Counted from the stretch's first letter, positions 34,790 to 44,986 are shown. The stretch is DNA of 64,000 nucleotides from an uncultured Chloroflexia bacterium (GCA_963724295.1 CAVRUC010000005.1:1-64000), one strand, 5' to 3'. Made by a program: numbers and translations. The notes: generated from the sequence alone by a model not told the origin.

Positions 34790-35739
34790 TGAGCCAGCAA
34801 TCCGCGGTCGGCTCTGAGTCCGCGGTCGCCGCGTATCCGGGCGATATCCCGAGCGCAGCCAGCGCTTCCCTCACCGGTGCTTCCGCGAGTCAGAGCCAGC
34901 TGCGCCGGAATCTGAAGCGGTTTCTCATCGGGAATAAGCTCAATCTCGTCGGCTTGATCATCGTGGTTGTCTTCTTCGCCCTCGCCATCTTTGGCCAGGC
35001 GCTCGCTCCATACGATCCCTACGCGCAGGACATCACTGGTTCGAAACTGCTGGGGCCGGATAGTTCTCATCCAATGGGCACTGACGAGCTTGGGCGCGAT
35101 CTTCTCAGCCGGGTCATGACCGGTACCCGCATCAGTCTTCAGGTCGCGGCCGTGGTGCTTACGTTCGCCGTGGTCTTCGGGACGCTGGTCGGGTCGGTCG
35201 CCGGCTACTTCGGCGGCATCGTGGACGAAATCCTGATGCGCTTCACTGACATGTTCCTGGCCTTTCCGGCCCTGATCCTGGCCATCGCGATCGCCGCGTC
35301 GCTCGGCCGCGAGCTTCACTGGACGATGGTCGCGCTGGCGACGGTCTTCTGGCCCTGGTACGCCCGTCTCGTGCGCGGCCAGATTCTGTCCATTCGGGAG
35401 CGTGACTATGTCACGGCCGCGGAAAGCATCGGCATGTCCGGCCCGCGTCTGCTTGTCAGGCACATTCTGCCCAACGCCATCTCGGTGATCATCATCCAGC
35501 TCACGCTCGACGTCGGTTACGCGATTCTGGCGACCAGCTCGCTCTCGTTCATCGGCCTCGGCGCGCAACCGCCCTCACCGGAATGGGGCACCATGATGTC
35601 GACAGCCCGCAATTACTTCCGGGAGGCATGGTGGTACACGACCTTCCCTGGTCTCGCCCTGACCCTGACCGTCTTTGCCTTCAACGTTCTCGGCGACGGT
35701 CTGCAGGATGCCCTCGACCCGCGTTCGGGCCGTCGCTAG
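34789..35739 (+). CDS. Peptide ABC transporter permease (DppC/OppC-like)
   Basis: HPMGTDELGRD, HILPN, LSFIGLG..PP.PEWG and GDGLQDALDP. Confidence 0.95.
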   Translation: MSQQSAVGSESAVAAYPGDIPSAASASLTGASASQSQLRRNLKRFLIGNKLNLVGLIIVVVFFALAIFGQALAPYDPYAQDITGSKLLGPDSSHPMGTDELGRDLLSRVMTGTRISLQVAAVVLTFAVVFGTLVGSVAGYFGGIVDEILMRFTDMFLAFPALILAIAIAASLGRELHWTMVALATVFWPWYARLVRGQILSIRERDYVTAAESIGMSGPRLLVRHILPNAISVIIIQLTLDVGYAILATSSLSFIGLGAQPPSPEWGTMMSTARNYFREAWWYTTFPGLALTLTVFAFNVLGDGLQDALDPRSGRR

Positions 35740-35755
35740 CCCGGTGACGGACAGT

Positions 35756-36289
35756 TCAGGCATTCGTCGGATTCTCGTCGGTCACGTCACTAATGCCGGC
35801 TCGGAACACGCTGACGACCTCGTTCGGAATCCGGCGAGGCTGACCCTGGTTGTTGGCAAAGACCCACTCGGTGGTGGCTCGGGCCGCGAGTGCGTCCTCG
35901 GTCGTTGTCTCTGACCAGGTCATTGCACGTCCCCGAACGGGCACTTCGGTTACCTGTCCTAGCTCGCGAAACACCAGATACTGCCGGTCGACGCGCGCGC
36001 CGCGCGGCTCACCCAACCACGTAACGATCCGCAACAGGTCCCCCGCGAACGTAGGCTTCATGAACACGATTTCGTGACGACGAGCCACGAACACGCCGCC
36101 CAGGTCCTGAAGCCGCGCGAGATCGAGACCGAGGTACGTCGCGTGGTCGATTGCTGCTTGTTCGAGGTAATTGAGATAGGCCGCATTGTTGACGTGACCG
36201 AGTGCATCGACCTCATGGAACCGGACTCGGAAAAAGGTCTCGAATGCTGGAACGCCCGGATCCGGGAGGGAACCCGGATCAAGGGTCAT
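35756..36289 (-). CDS. Acyl-CoA thioesterase (4HBT/YbgC-like)
   Basis: VRFHEVDALGHVNNAAY motif. Its ATG overlaps the upstream stop. Confidence 0.92.
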   Translation of the reverse strand: MTLDPGSLPDPGVPAFETFFRVRFHEVDALGHVNNAAYLNYLEQAAIDHATYLGLDLARLQDLGGVFVARRHEIVFMKPTFAGDLLRIVTWLGEPRGARVDRQYLVFRELGQVTEVPVRGRAMTWSETTTEDALAARATTEWVFANNQGQPRRIPNEVVSVFRAGISDVTDENPTNA

Positions 36290-38169
36290 GCCGCGGTGCC
36301 CTCACGCGCCATGCGGGCTGGTACGAAGAGTTGCGATTCTGTCGGTTCGACTATTTGCTGAAAGATCCTGCGCAGGATGGCGACCGTGGAAGCGTAGGTC
36401 GAATCCATCCCGTGGTAGGACAGGCCCCGCGCTCCCAGCGTCTGCGCCCGTGTGTATGGCGTGTCCGATGCGTAGTGGATGATCCCCAGGTCGAGCGATC
36501 CAGGCCGGTGCGTCTGCAAGTTGATGGCCTCGCCCGACGGATAGCGGCGCAGGAAGAGATCTTCATAGAGCGCGTTCAGATAGGGCCCGGCCTCCATCTC
36601 CACGACGGTGAAATTCTCGCGGTAGAAGAAGTCGAGGTACCCCTCGTTCTGCAGGAACGTCCCTTTGACAGTGACCGCCTTCTGGTTGTCGAGCGCCGCG
36701 CCGTACTCCAGGTACGGCGCCAGGTCGGCATAGCTGAACGCATTCTCGAACCAGTAGGTGTTGCCCGAGTGTTCGTCATAGACAACATCGGAGATCATGA
36801 CATCGCCGATACGTCCATTGAGCGTTGCCGCCTTGCCGAGGATGTAGATCCCCTGCAGTTCGTCGGTGGTCATCCCAATCTGAGTCATGATGTTGTAGGC
36901 CGCTAGACCGAGCGGGTAGTTGACGTTGACGATGATCGCGTCCGAGCTCCGGGGGTCGAGACAGACGCCATCGGCTCCGCAGAGTCTCGGATCGAACTGG
37001 GATGGGTCGAGCTTGGCCAGCTCGATAATCTGAATGCCGACGTCGATCGGGCCGCTGGCGTCGATGTGGTGGATGCCAATGGCCTGCTCTTCGTGGCTTC
37101 GCTTCCCGCGCTCGCTCGCCCGGTCGGCACTGGTGAAGTACTGGCGAGCGGCAAAGTAGAGCAAGTTCTCCCAGTTCGAGCGACTCGTGCCCGCTTCCAG
37201 CTGCGCCAGCTCTTCCTTCAGCTCGGCCGAGCCGTGAGCCCGGATGAACGCGGTGAGATCATTTTTTCGCCGTCGCGCCGTCCCGGAAAGGACGTTCACG
37301 ATGGAATGGGTGTTCGAGGAAACGAAGTAGACGGGCCGTTCCGCGGCGCCCAGCCCGTGCAGCACGCGTTCTGCCGGAAGCCACCATTGATGGGTGGCCC
37401 TGGCATTGCCAAGATGGCTGCCGCCGATCATCTGCACCGTGTATCGCTTGCGGCTCTGCGCGACGAGATCGAGGTTCCGCCACAGCGAGGCGCCCCAGAC
37501 GCTCTGCAACCGCTGCCAATCTCCTGGCTGCAGTCGGAGCTTCTCGCCGGCCAATGCCAGCTCGTCGTCATCGAGACGCTCGCCGGCCGCTCCGCGCGCG
37601 ATGAGCTCGCGCAAGTCCGGGTCGGCGGCAGCGATGCCGTGCATCTTGTTCCACTCGATCTGGTACGCCACGATCGAGGGGATGAGGTCGTCGAGATCGG
37701 ACGCCGAAGCGATGGTCGCGGCCAGCGTGCGACCCCCGTCATACCGCCAGCGACGACGGCGCCCGGGAGCTGAGGCGATCTGCCATGTCTCCATGCCGGA
37801 ATAGCCGGCACGCCGGAAGCCACGGGCCGACTGGCCGAGCACGATGTCCGTGACATCCACGATGCAATCCGGCAGCCGTTGCGCCGAATACATGAAGGCA
37901 TTCAGATCGGGGTCCGGTTCGGCAGCGCCCGCGTGCAGTGACGAGGCCGCGGTGAGGTGGGCCGGGATCAGGCTGGAGACCGGAATAGCACCCGAGCTCT
38001 GTAGCAGAGTGGTGTAGGTCCGGACGTAGAGATCGACTTCTCGTTTTCCGGGAATCCGCTGCGATGCATCGATCCCGGGCCGTGCTCTACGCTCGCCCGG
38101 AAAAAGCTCGTCCTGCTCAGTATCGAGGTCGAGGCTCTGTGTCATTGCGTCGGAGAAGACTTCTCGCAT
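36286..38169 (-). CDS. Large uncharacterised protein (DUF6909-like) with a C-terminal nucleosidase/phosphorylase-like region
   Basis: 627-aa ORF with APGRRRR, FVSSNTHSIVN, GKAATLNGRIGDVMI, VEMEAGP and YASDTP. The family name is from recollection. Confidence 0.7.
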   Translation of the reverse strand: MREVFSDAMTQSLDLDTEQDELFPGERRARPGIDASQRIPGKREVDLYVRTYTTLLQSSGAIPVSSLIPAHLTAASSLHAGAAEPDPDLNAFMYSAQRLPDCIVDVTDIVLGQSARGFRRAGYSGMETWQIASAPGRRRRWRYDGGRTLAATIASASDLDDLIPSIVAYQIEWNKMHGIAAADPDLRELIARGAAGERLDDDELALAGEKLRLQPGDWQRLQSVWGASLWRNLDLVAQSRKRYTVQMIGGSHLGNARATHQWWLPAERVLHGLGAAERPVYFVSSNTHSIVNVLSGTARRRKNDLTAFIRAHGSAELKEELAQLEAGTSRSNWENLLYFAARQYFTSADRASERGKRSHEEQAIGIHHIDASGPIDVGIQIIELAKLDPSQFDPRLCGADGVCLDPRSSDAIIVNVNYPLGLAAYNIMTQIGMTTDELQGIYILGKAATLNGRIGDVMISDVVYDEHSGNTYWFENAFSYADLAPYLEYGAALDNQKAVTVKGTFLQNEGYLDFFYRENFTVVEMEAGPYLNALYEDLFLRRYPSGEAINLQTHRPGSLDLGIIHYASDTPYTRAQTLGARGLSYHGMDSTYASTVAILRRIFQQIVEPTESQLFVPARMAREGTAA

Positions 38170-38256
38170 GCTGCCATCGAGCGGTTACGACCATTGCGGT
38201 TCAAGTATAGACCAGGCCAAATCCAGCTCCCGGACGTGTGTCGAGCGCCGGTTTTA

Positions 38257-39531
38257 TCACGTGACACCGCACCAGTTGGCGATGAACACCGCGGTCGTCG
38301 TGATCGCGGTGAGCAGGTCATCCACCGGGATTGACTCATCGGGAGCGTGCGCGAGCCGGACATCCCCGGCCCCGAACATCACGCACGGCACACCACCGGC
38401 GACAACAAAGTGGCGCATATCCGCGCCGTATGTCACGCCTTCTATCAGAGCCGGTGATGAGCTCGTTGTCTGCCAGGCGTGACGCAGCGTCTCGACTAGC
38501 GGCGAGTCCACCTCGATCCCGGCGGGCGCGAACTGCCCGTTGAGCCATGTCACGTGTGGCGGGTGATCCCGCAGCCAGGGATCAGCGTCCGCCAGCCTCG
38601 CGATCTCGCCGGCCAGCTCGGCCTTGAACGTTGACAAGTCTTCGCCGGGCACGAGTCCGGCGCGACCCTCCGCGATGAGCCATTCAGGCACGGAGGACGC
38701 CCAGGAGCCGCTGCGGAGGACGCCGATGTTGATCGGTGCCTTGATTTGCTTTCCCTCGTAAAGTGGATGCGTGATCTCCGCATTCCGGCGGTGCTCGAAT
38801 GCGAGCAGGCCCTTATGGAGATAGGCGAACTTCTCGACGGCGCTCACCCCTTCATCGCGGACGCAGGCATGCGCCGAGAGCCCCGGCACCTGCAGCCGGA
38901 ACATCAGCGCTCCGCCCTGCGCGGTCACGATGGCGAGGTTCGTCGGCTCGGAGATGATCGCGCCGTCGGCAACGTACCCCCGCAAGACAGCGGCCAGCGC
39001 GCCGGCGCCACCATCTTCTTCTGAGACGGTGCTCTCGACAATGACATCGCCATTGGGAGTGAATCCCGCCTGTTGGAGTGCCCGCAAGGCGAAGAGATTG
39101 GCGACGATGCCGCCCTTCATGTCGCAAGCGCCCCGGCCATAGAGGCGCCCGTGAATGACATCGCCATCAAGCGGTGGATAACACCAGGCGTCCGGATCGC
39201 CGACCTCTACCGTGTCGATGTGCCCATTCAGGATCAGGGAGCGTCCACTTCCCTGACCCCGATGGACTCCCACAACGTTCGGCCGGCCGTCGAAGCCACC
39301 GGTGAGCGTGACCGACTCCGCATGTTGCTCCAGCGCGGTGACGTCCGGCTCCCAGACGTCTACTTCGAGGCCGTGAGCGCGCATCAATCGCGCGACCGCC
39401 TCCTGCGCCAGACCTTCCGAGCCGGTCTGACTCGGGATGCGCACGAGCTCCTGTAGGGCTGAAACGATCTCCGGTCGCAGGGCACTGACCGCCTCAGCAA
39501 CTGGCTGCTCGATGCCGGCTGTCTTGTCCAT
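38257..39531 (-). CDS. M20 metallopeptidase, ArgE/DapE family
   Basis: LNGHIDTV, GRGACDMKGG, SEEDGG, SEPT, HA and AHAPDE. Confidence 0.93.
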   Translation of the reverse strand: MDKTAGIEQPVAEAVSALRPEIVSALQELVRIPSQTGSEGLAQEAVARLMRAHGLEVDVWEPDVTALEQHAESVTLTGGFDGRPNVVGVHRGQGSGRSLILNGHIDTVEVGDPDAWCYPPLDGDVIHGRLYGRGACDMKGGIVANLFALRALQQAGFTPNGDVIVESTVSEEDGGAGALAAVLRGYVADGAIISEPTNLAIVTAQGGALMFRLQVPGLSAHACVRDEGVSAVEKFAYLHKGLLAFEHRRNAEITHPLYEGKQIKAPINIGVLRSGSWASSVPEWLIAEGRAGLVPGEDLSTFKAELAGEIARLADADPWLRDHPPHVTWLNGQFAPAGIEVDSPLVETLRHAWQTTSSSPALIEGVTYGADMRHFVVAGGVPCVMFGAGDVRLAHAPDESIPVDDLLTAITTTAVFIANWCGVT

Positions 39532-39536
39532 CACAC

Positions 39537-40139
39537 TCACGTCACTGATCCTGAGTGCGCGGGATCTCGGTGGTCGGGCAGCGGCGTAACCGACAACGCG
39601 ACGAGATCCCGGCGCATGCCGTCGCCGGCACATCTATCCCACACCTCTCGGAACCGGGCGTAGGCCGCTCGCCGGCCGGCGTGTTCACGTGCCAGAAGCG
39701 CGATCAGGCCGCGGCGCGGATCATCCGGCGGCGGTCGCAGCGCGACGGCGGCAATTGCGGCAAGTTCGTCGGGAGAGGCGTCGGCAATATCTGATCGCGT
39801 CTTCCGGCTTTGCTCGACCATCAGGCCAGAGAGCTCGTCGCCAATGAGGTCGATGCGGACGTCGTGGTCATGCAATGCGCCGAGTGTCTCCTGGATTTTT
39901 TTCACGCGCTCGATCTGCCGCTCACCCGCTTTCCCGAACTGAGGTCGAAAAAGCTCGAGGGTATAGCGCAGGCGCTTGGCTGAGATTCTCAGGTCATGCA
40001 GTGCCTCGGAGAGCTCCGGGTGCCGGACGATCGGTTCGAAGGAATAGAACTCGGCGATCCGTACCGCCAGGATGCGCCGCGCATTATCGATAACCGACGC
40101 ATCCGGGTCGACGTCGTCGACCGACCAGGCCCGGCTCAC
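39537..40139 (-). CDS. CHAD-domain protein (second half-repeat only)
   Basis: LHDLRISAKRLRYTLE and QETLGALHDHDV. The GTG start overlaps the upstream TGA. Confidence 0.85.
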   Translation of the reverse strand: MSRAWSVDDVDPDASVIDNARRILAVRIAEFYSFEPIVRHPELSEALHDLRISAKRLRYTLELFRPQFGKAGERQIERVKKIQETLGALHDHDVRIDLIGDELSGLMVEQSRKTRSDIADASPDELAAIAAVALRPPPDDPRRGLIALLAREHAGRRAAYARFREVWDRCAGDGMRRDLVALSVTPLPDHRDPAHSGSVT

Positions 40140-41626
40140 GATGCGCGTCCCTCTTGCATGTCTGACCCGTTCGCCGGCGCCTGGGTGAGCCCGAAACGGC
40201 GCTCCAGCTCGCTGCGCAGCGGACCGTCCAGGAGTTGACGGAGATATCGCTCCATCTCCACCCGAGCCGCGGCGCGTTCGCATTCGGCGCGTTCGATCAG
40301 CCGGTCGATCCCGGGGTGCTCGGCAAGGGGCGCCGCGCTTCGGTCGGCACGGAGCGCTTCCAGCAAGACGTCCCGATCCCGGACCTCTCCCAGCGCGCCG
40401 GTGATCTCCTTTGCGGTCCGTTGCAGCGGCTTGTACCACTTCCCTGTAAATGCTGGCGCGGCAACATCCATCGCCGCCCGTAGCCGGCGCGACGCAACGC
40501 GAACGTCGTGGACTCCTTCGATATCGGTGCCCTCAAGAGCGGCTGGAATCGCCTCCCAGACGGCCTGCCAGCGCTCGGCGATCAGGGCTCGCATCGTCTC
40601 CCGGAAATTCCTGTCCGCTGCTTCCGGCTGGAGCTTCTCCAGCCTGCCGGCGTTGCGCGGCTGCTCGTCTGCTCCGTCGATTTTCGTCGCTGAACCATCC
40701 GTAGCGACTATGTCGTCGCCGTAGAGCGCCTCGAGAAGCAAACCCGTTCGTATCCCGCTTCGCGCAATCTCGATCCGGTCCGAGCGCAAGCACGAGGCGA
40801 TCGAGGCAACGATGGCAACGCCCGCCGGGAGCACCCGTGCCCGGGCCTCGGGAATTTCGATCTCGTCGGCAACCTCGGCGGCCGTCAACGTGAGCAATTT
40901 TGCCAGTACGGTGCGCACGGCCTGCAGGTCGATATGCTGGTCGTCGGCAACCAGCCGGGCCATATATTCTCCGGTTCCGCCAACCACGATCAGCCGATCT
41001 GGCACCCCCGACGGCAGACCAAGCGGCTGCCACGTTTCAATCACCGTCCTGGCCTCGCTCTCGCAAGCCGCGATCTCATCCGGGCGCGGCGGATCGGCAA
41101 CCACGAAACGGTCGGTCAGCCGGCCTGAACCCAACGGCAAAGACCTAACCGTCTGTATCTTGCCGTCCCGTGCCGAAATCAGCTCGGTACTGCCTCCGCC
41201 GATATCGGCGACCGCGAGAAAACCGGCCAGATCTGTGTCGACTGCCAGGCCGCGGAACATCAATCCGGCTTCGACTTCACCGTCAACGACGCGAACGTCG
41301 ATGCCGCTCTCCGCTCGCACCCGCTCGAGGAACCTCCCGCCATTCGTCGCGGCTCGCGTCGCCTCTGTCGCCACCGCGACGATCCGCGTGGCGCCACGTT
41401 CGCGCGCCTGGGCCGCAAACCGTTTCAGTGTCTCAATAGCGGCCTCGATTCGCTCTTCGTCGAGGAGCCCTGTCTGATCGAGACCCTGTCCCAGGCGAAC
41501 GACTTCTGACGCCCAGTCGACCTGGTCGATCCCACCCTCGCCGTTGGCGCAACCAATCGTCATCTTGATCGAGTTCGAGCCGATGTCGATCGCCGCGGCC
41601 ATTGCCCGCGGGGATTGTGCCGTCAT
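40136..41626 (-). CDS. ppx: Ppx/GppA exopolyphosphatase fused to a CHAD half-domain
   Basis: IDIGSNS, ATEATRAA, DIGGGSTE and GIRTG, then VHDVRVASRRLRAA..LGEVRDRDV. Confidence 0.9.
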   Translation of the reverse strand: MTAQSPRAMAAAIDIGSNSIKMTIGCANGEGGIDQVDWASEVVRLGQGLDQTGLLDEERIEAAIETLKRFAAQARERGATRIVAVATEATRAATNGGRFLERVRAESGIDVRVVDGEVEAGLMFRGLAVDTDLAGFLAVADIGGGSTELISARDGKIQTVRSLPLGSGRLTDRFVVADPPRPDEIAACESEARTVIETWQPLGLPSGVPDRLIVVGGTGEYMARLVADDQHIDLQAVRTVLAKLLTLTAAEVADEIEIPEARARVLPAGVAIVASIASCLRSDRIEIARSGIRTGLLLEALYGDDIVATDGSATKIDGADEQPRNAGRLEKLQPEAADRNFRETMRALIAERWQAVWEAIPAALEGTDIEGVHDVRVASRRLRAAMDVAAPAFTGKWYKPLQRTAKEITGALGEVRDRDVLLEALRADRSAAPLAEHPGIDRLIERAECERAAARVEMERYLRQLLDGPLRSELERRFGLTQAPANGSDMQEGRAS

Positions 41627-41752
41627 GCCACGCGCCAGCTTGAAGTTCCCGGACCGGGCCGCGAGGGTATCATGCCGGACAGTCTAGCGGCTGACGGGAA
41701 GGCGCGAGTGCCGGCATTCGGTCACGGAGCGCCCAAGTACCGGAAGGAACGC

Positions 41753-42025
41753 ATGGCCACCAGTCCCCACGACCCGGATAGGCAGAGCCGAACGGTGGAG
41801 CTCCTCAGCGCCGGAGCCGCGGCGGAGCTGGGTCTGCTCCGCAGGGAGCGCAAGGCAGAGAATCGTCTTGCGGAGGCCCTGGCCTCGCTCGCCAGCGATG
41901 AAGCTCGCTTGCTGCGAGCGCAGCACCGGCTGGAGCGCAGTCGAGAATCTGTTGCCGTCGCCGAGGCAACCCTGCGCGAGGTTCAAGCGCGCCGCGCCGC
42001 CGGCCCCACGCAACTTCAGGATTGA
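41753..42025 (+). CDS. Small coiled-coil hypothetical protein
   Basis: AAGGA RBS; 90-aa Ala/Arg/Glu/Leu-rich helical sequence. Confidence 0.6.
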   Translation: MATSPHDPDRQSRTVELLSAGAAAELGLLRRERKAENRLAEALASLASDEARLLRAQHRLERSRESVAVAEATLREVQARRAAGPTQLQD

Positions 42026-43680
42026 GCCGCGATCCCTTCTCGAGCGGCCAGCCGATCGGTTGCCGCCCAGAAGCGGTCCATCAGTGCCGTCTGCTCGCCC
42101 GACGACATCGGACGCGGCTGATGAAAATCCTCTATTTCTACGCCGTGAAATCTCAGACCGGCGATCGTCGTGCCCCGGAGAATGATCTCCAGCGCGTAAC
42201 CGGAGCGCACCTCCGCTGCCCACATCTGATCGAGGATGAAGTTCCCCAGCGAGTAGACGATTGGTTTTCCGGCGTAGATCTCCATGCCCTGGATCAGGTG
42301 AGGGTGGTTGGTCAACACCATGGCGGCCCCGGCGTCGATCGCCGCGTGGGCCGCTTGCACCGCCCAGGGCGGTACAACGGCAACGTATTCCGCGCCGAGA
42401 TGGAAGTAGGGAATGACCACGTCGGCGATGGCGGTCGCGGCCGCCACGTCTTCAACGACCTGGGCCACGAGATAGGGATTGGTTCCCGCACTGTCGCTTG
42501 TGGCCCCAACGTCGACGTCGAGCACGCCGTTCGCCGCGCCCGGCTCAACTTCATAGTTCGCCGTCACTCCGTCGATACCGAGGAAGGCAATACGAGTCCC
42601 ACCCGCCGCCACGACCCAAGGCGCCCGGGCTGTTGGGAGATCAGGGCCGGCACCGAAGTATGGGATGTCGTAGGCATCCAGCGCCGCGATGGTGTCGAGC
42701 AGCCCCTGCACTCCCCACCCTTCGTCATTCCACACTGAATGATTGTTTGCGAGGGTGACCGCATCAATCCCTGCCAGGGCGAAACCGTCGAGCATCGCCG
42801 GGCTGGAGACGAAGGAAACTGAGTGGGGATCGGCAGGTTGCGGCAGCGTGTCCGAGAGATTGCCCTCGAGGTTCGCCACAGTCACGTCAAACGACCGTAG
42901 CAGCGAGGCGACCCGCAGAAATGGCCGCGTGAAGTCGCCGTACTCGAGCATGTGCAGATGGACGTTGCGACCCGGCACGATATCGCCGACGACCCCGATG
43001 CGCACTGCCGCTCCGCCGTCGAGCGTCTCACGCAGCGGGTCATCTTCGCCAACGGGGAGTGCCCGCACCCGGAAGTCGACCAGTTCGTTCGGAACGAGCG
43101 CCACTGCCCCGGGATCAGCGAACAACGCCATTGCCAGCTCTTCATAGCTTTCATAGGTGCGTTCGGGTTGCATGGCGTTCGCTACTGCTGAGGCAAGGCC
43201 GACGGGATTTACGGGCAAGGCTACTGCCGACCCAACCTCGGCCCAATCGGTGACTCGCCCGGTGAGGATTCTCCATGGATCCTCGGGTCCGACGCCGGCG
43301 AGCGGAAGTCTGGGAGACGCTACAAGCGCCATTCCCTCGGGGACGCCGATATTTCGCAACTCCCGCACCGGTTCACGCCGCACTTCGGGCGTCGCGGCGG
43401 CGTCGGTCTCTGTCGGAGTCGCCGGAGCCAGGACGGGCGTCGCTGGCGATTTGACGACGGTCGCCGGCATAGGCGCTGACGGCACAGCTGGAGTCGTGTC
43501 GCTACCCGGCGCCTCGACCGTCCGCGAGTACTGAACAGCGAGAGCACCAACGGCGCCAATCGCTGCCGCCGCGACCGGTATCGCTCCCGCGACCAGTGCG
43601 CGGCGGCTCAACGGCGGCCGTGCCCGGTGTGTCGGTGCCCGCCCTGGTTCTTTCGACATTGGTATGCGGTGCTCAGTCAC
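42016..43680 (-). CDS. CapA/PgsA-family metallophosphoesterase, exported (Tat-like)
   Basis: LSRRALV leader, VGDI, NLEG, LANNH, FHLG.EY, NHPH and YSLGNF. Confidence 0.92.
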   Translation of the reverse strand: MTEHRIPMSKEPGRAPTHRARPPLSRRALVAGAIPVAAAAIGAVGALAVQYSRTVEAPGSDTTPAVPSAPMPATVVKSPATPVLAPATPTETDAAATPEVRREPVRELRNIGVPEGMALVASPRLPLAGVGPEDPWRILTGRVTDWAEVGSAVALPVNPVGLASAVANAMQPERTYESYEELAMALFADPGAVALVPNELVDFRVRALPVGEDDPLRETLDGGAAVRIGVVGDIVPGRNVHLHMLEYGDFTRPFLRVASLLRSFDVTVANLEGNLSDTLPQPADPHSVSFVSSPAMLDGFALAGIDAVTLANNHSVWNDEGWGVQGLLDTIAALDAYDIPYFGAGPDLPTARAPWVVAAGGTRIAFLGIDGVTANYEVEPGAANGVLDVDVGATSDSAGTNPYLVAQVVEDVAAATAIADVVIPYFHLGAEYVAVVPPWAVQAAHAAIDAGAAMVLTNHPHLIQGMEIYAGKPIVYSLGNFILDQMWAAEVRSGYALEIILRGTTIAGLRFHGVEIEDFHQPRPMSSGEQTALMDRFWAATDRLAAREGIAAQS

Positions 43681-43705
43681 CCATTCGTCTCAGCGCGTTC
43701 CTGGC

Positions 43706-44944
43706 TCAACGTGCCTCCGGCGGGTAGCGTTCGAAGTATTCGACGATCGCGTTCTCGTACGCGGTCACGATGGCGCTCCGCCCTTCGAGTGTCGACAACA
43801 CCGCGGCATCCCCGTCGTTTGAGACAAACAGCGCCTCGACGATCGCGCCGGGCATCTTGCTCGCCGTAACGACGCCTGGCACCTCAGGTCCGGTCATGAT
43901 GAAATGCCGGAATAGCGAGTGTTCCATCTGCACGTCGGCGGTAGTATCCGGCAGCACTCCTCGCTCATCCTCGGCGGGGAGTACGTAACCGATCTTTGCC
44001 AGCTGCTCCTTGAGATGCGCGTATGCCAGGGTGGCAAAAACCGCGTTTCGGTCACCGAACTGTCGCTCACGGGTGAACCAGGTCTCGAATCCGTGCGGAC
44101 CACCGGTCGAGTACCCGTTGACATGCATTGACACGAGAAGATCGGCGTTCGCCTTATTGCAGACGTTGATTCGCGCCTGAAGCTCGTCCAGATTCTTGTT
44201 GCGATTCGAGCGCGGCGCGTCATGAGCGGCGGTCCGGCCGTCGCCGTTCACATCCCGCCCATCGACGTTCACCGCCGTATCCGTCTCCCTGGTCATGATC
44301 ACTGTGTACCCACGTTGTTGCAGACGCGCCTCGAGATCCCATGCCTGCTCCAAAGTGAGCATGGCCTCCTCCATGGCCGGGATGTCGTTTTCAAAGAAAC
44401 GAGCGAACCCGCGGTCCTCTCCGCCATGCCCGGGATCGAGGCAGACGACGGGCGGTCGAGCGAACGCGACCGGGAGCGCTATTGGCGTCTCCTCAACTGG
44501 TTCCAACGGTGGCGCGACCGGAGCAAGCTCCGGAGGAGCTGGAACTGTTTGCGCTGCCAGGTCTGGTTGGGTCCCGGTCGGCGTCGGCTCCTCAACACGA
44601 CCGAAGAGCCGTCCGCCCGCAAAAGCGAGAACCGTGAGCCCCAGGATCAGCAGTGTCCCTGCCAGGGTAATTCCCTTCGATCTAACCTGGGTTTCCGGGC
44701 GGGACTTCGGCATCCGGGGAACCGGACGGGCAACGCCAGTCTTCGAGCCGGCTCCCCTCGAAGATGATCCGGCGCTTGTCCTGGGTCTACGTCCCGAGCC
44801 TGCCCGGACGGACTGAGAATCGAGATTCAAAACTGGCTGCTCTGAGCCATGCTCTTCGCGCCACGACCAGTCCTCCGCATCCAGCGGCAGGCGCGCTTTC
44901 GGTCTGGGTAGGTTGTCCTTATACCAGTCGTTCATCCCGGTCAC
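43706..44944 (-). CDS. Membrane-anchored N-acetylmuramoyl-L-alanine amidase (Amidase_3)
   Basis: LDPGHGG, MTRETD, LLVSMHVN and MPGAIVEALFVSN; one TM segment. Confidence 0.9.
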   Translation of the reverse strand: MTGMNDWYKDNLPRPKARLPLDAEDWSWREEHGSEQPVLNLDSQSVRAGSGRRPRTSAGSSSRGAGSKTGVARPVPRMPKSRPETQVRSKGITLAGTLLILGLTVLAFAGGRLFGRVEEPTPTGTQPDLAAQTVPAPPELAPVAPPLEPVEETPIALPVAFARPPVVCLDPGHGGEDRGFARFFENDIPAMEEAMLTLEQAWDLEARLQQRGYTVIMTRETDTAVNVDGRDVNGDGRTAAHDAPRSNRNKNLDELQARINVCNKANADLLVSMHVNGYSTGGPHGFETWFTRERQFGDRNAVFATLAYAHLKEQLAKIGYVLPAEDERGVLPDTTADVQMEHSLFRHFIMTGPEVPGVVTASKMPGAIVEALFVSNDGDAAVLSTLEGRSAIVTAYENAIVEYFERYPPEAR

Positions 44945-44986
44945 GCGCCGCGCACACCACCCGCCCTGCCGTCCCCGGCAAGTTAC

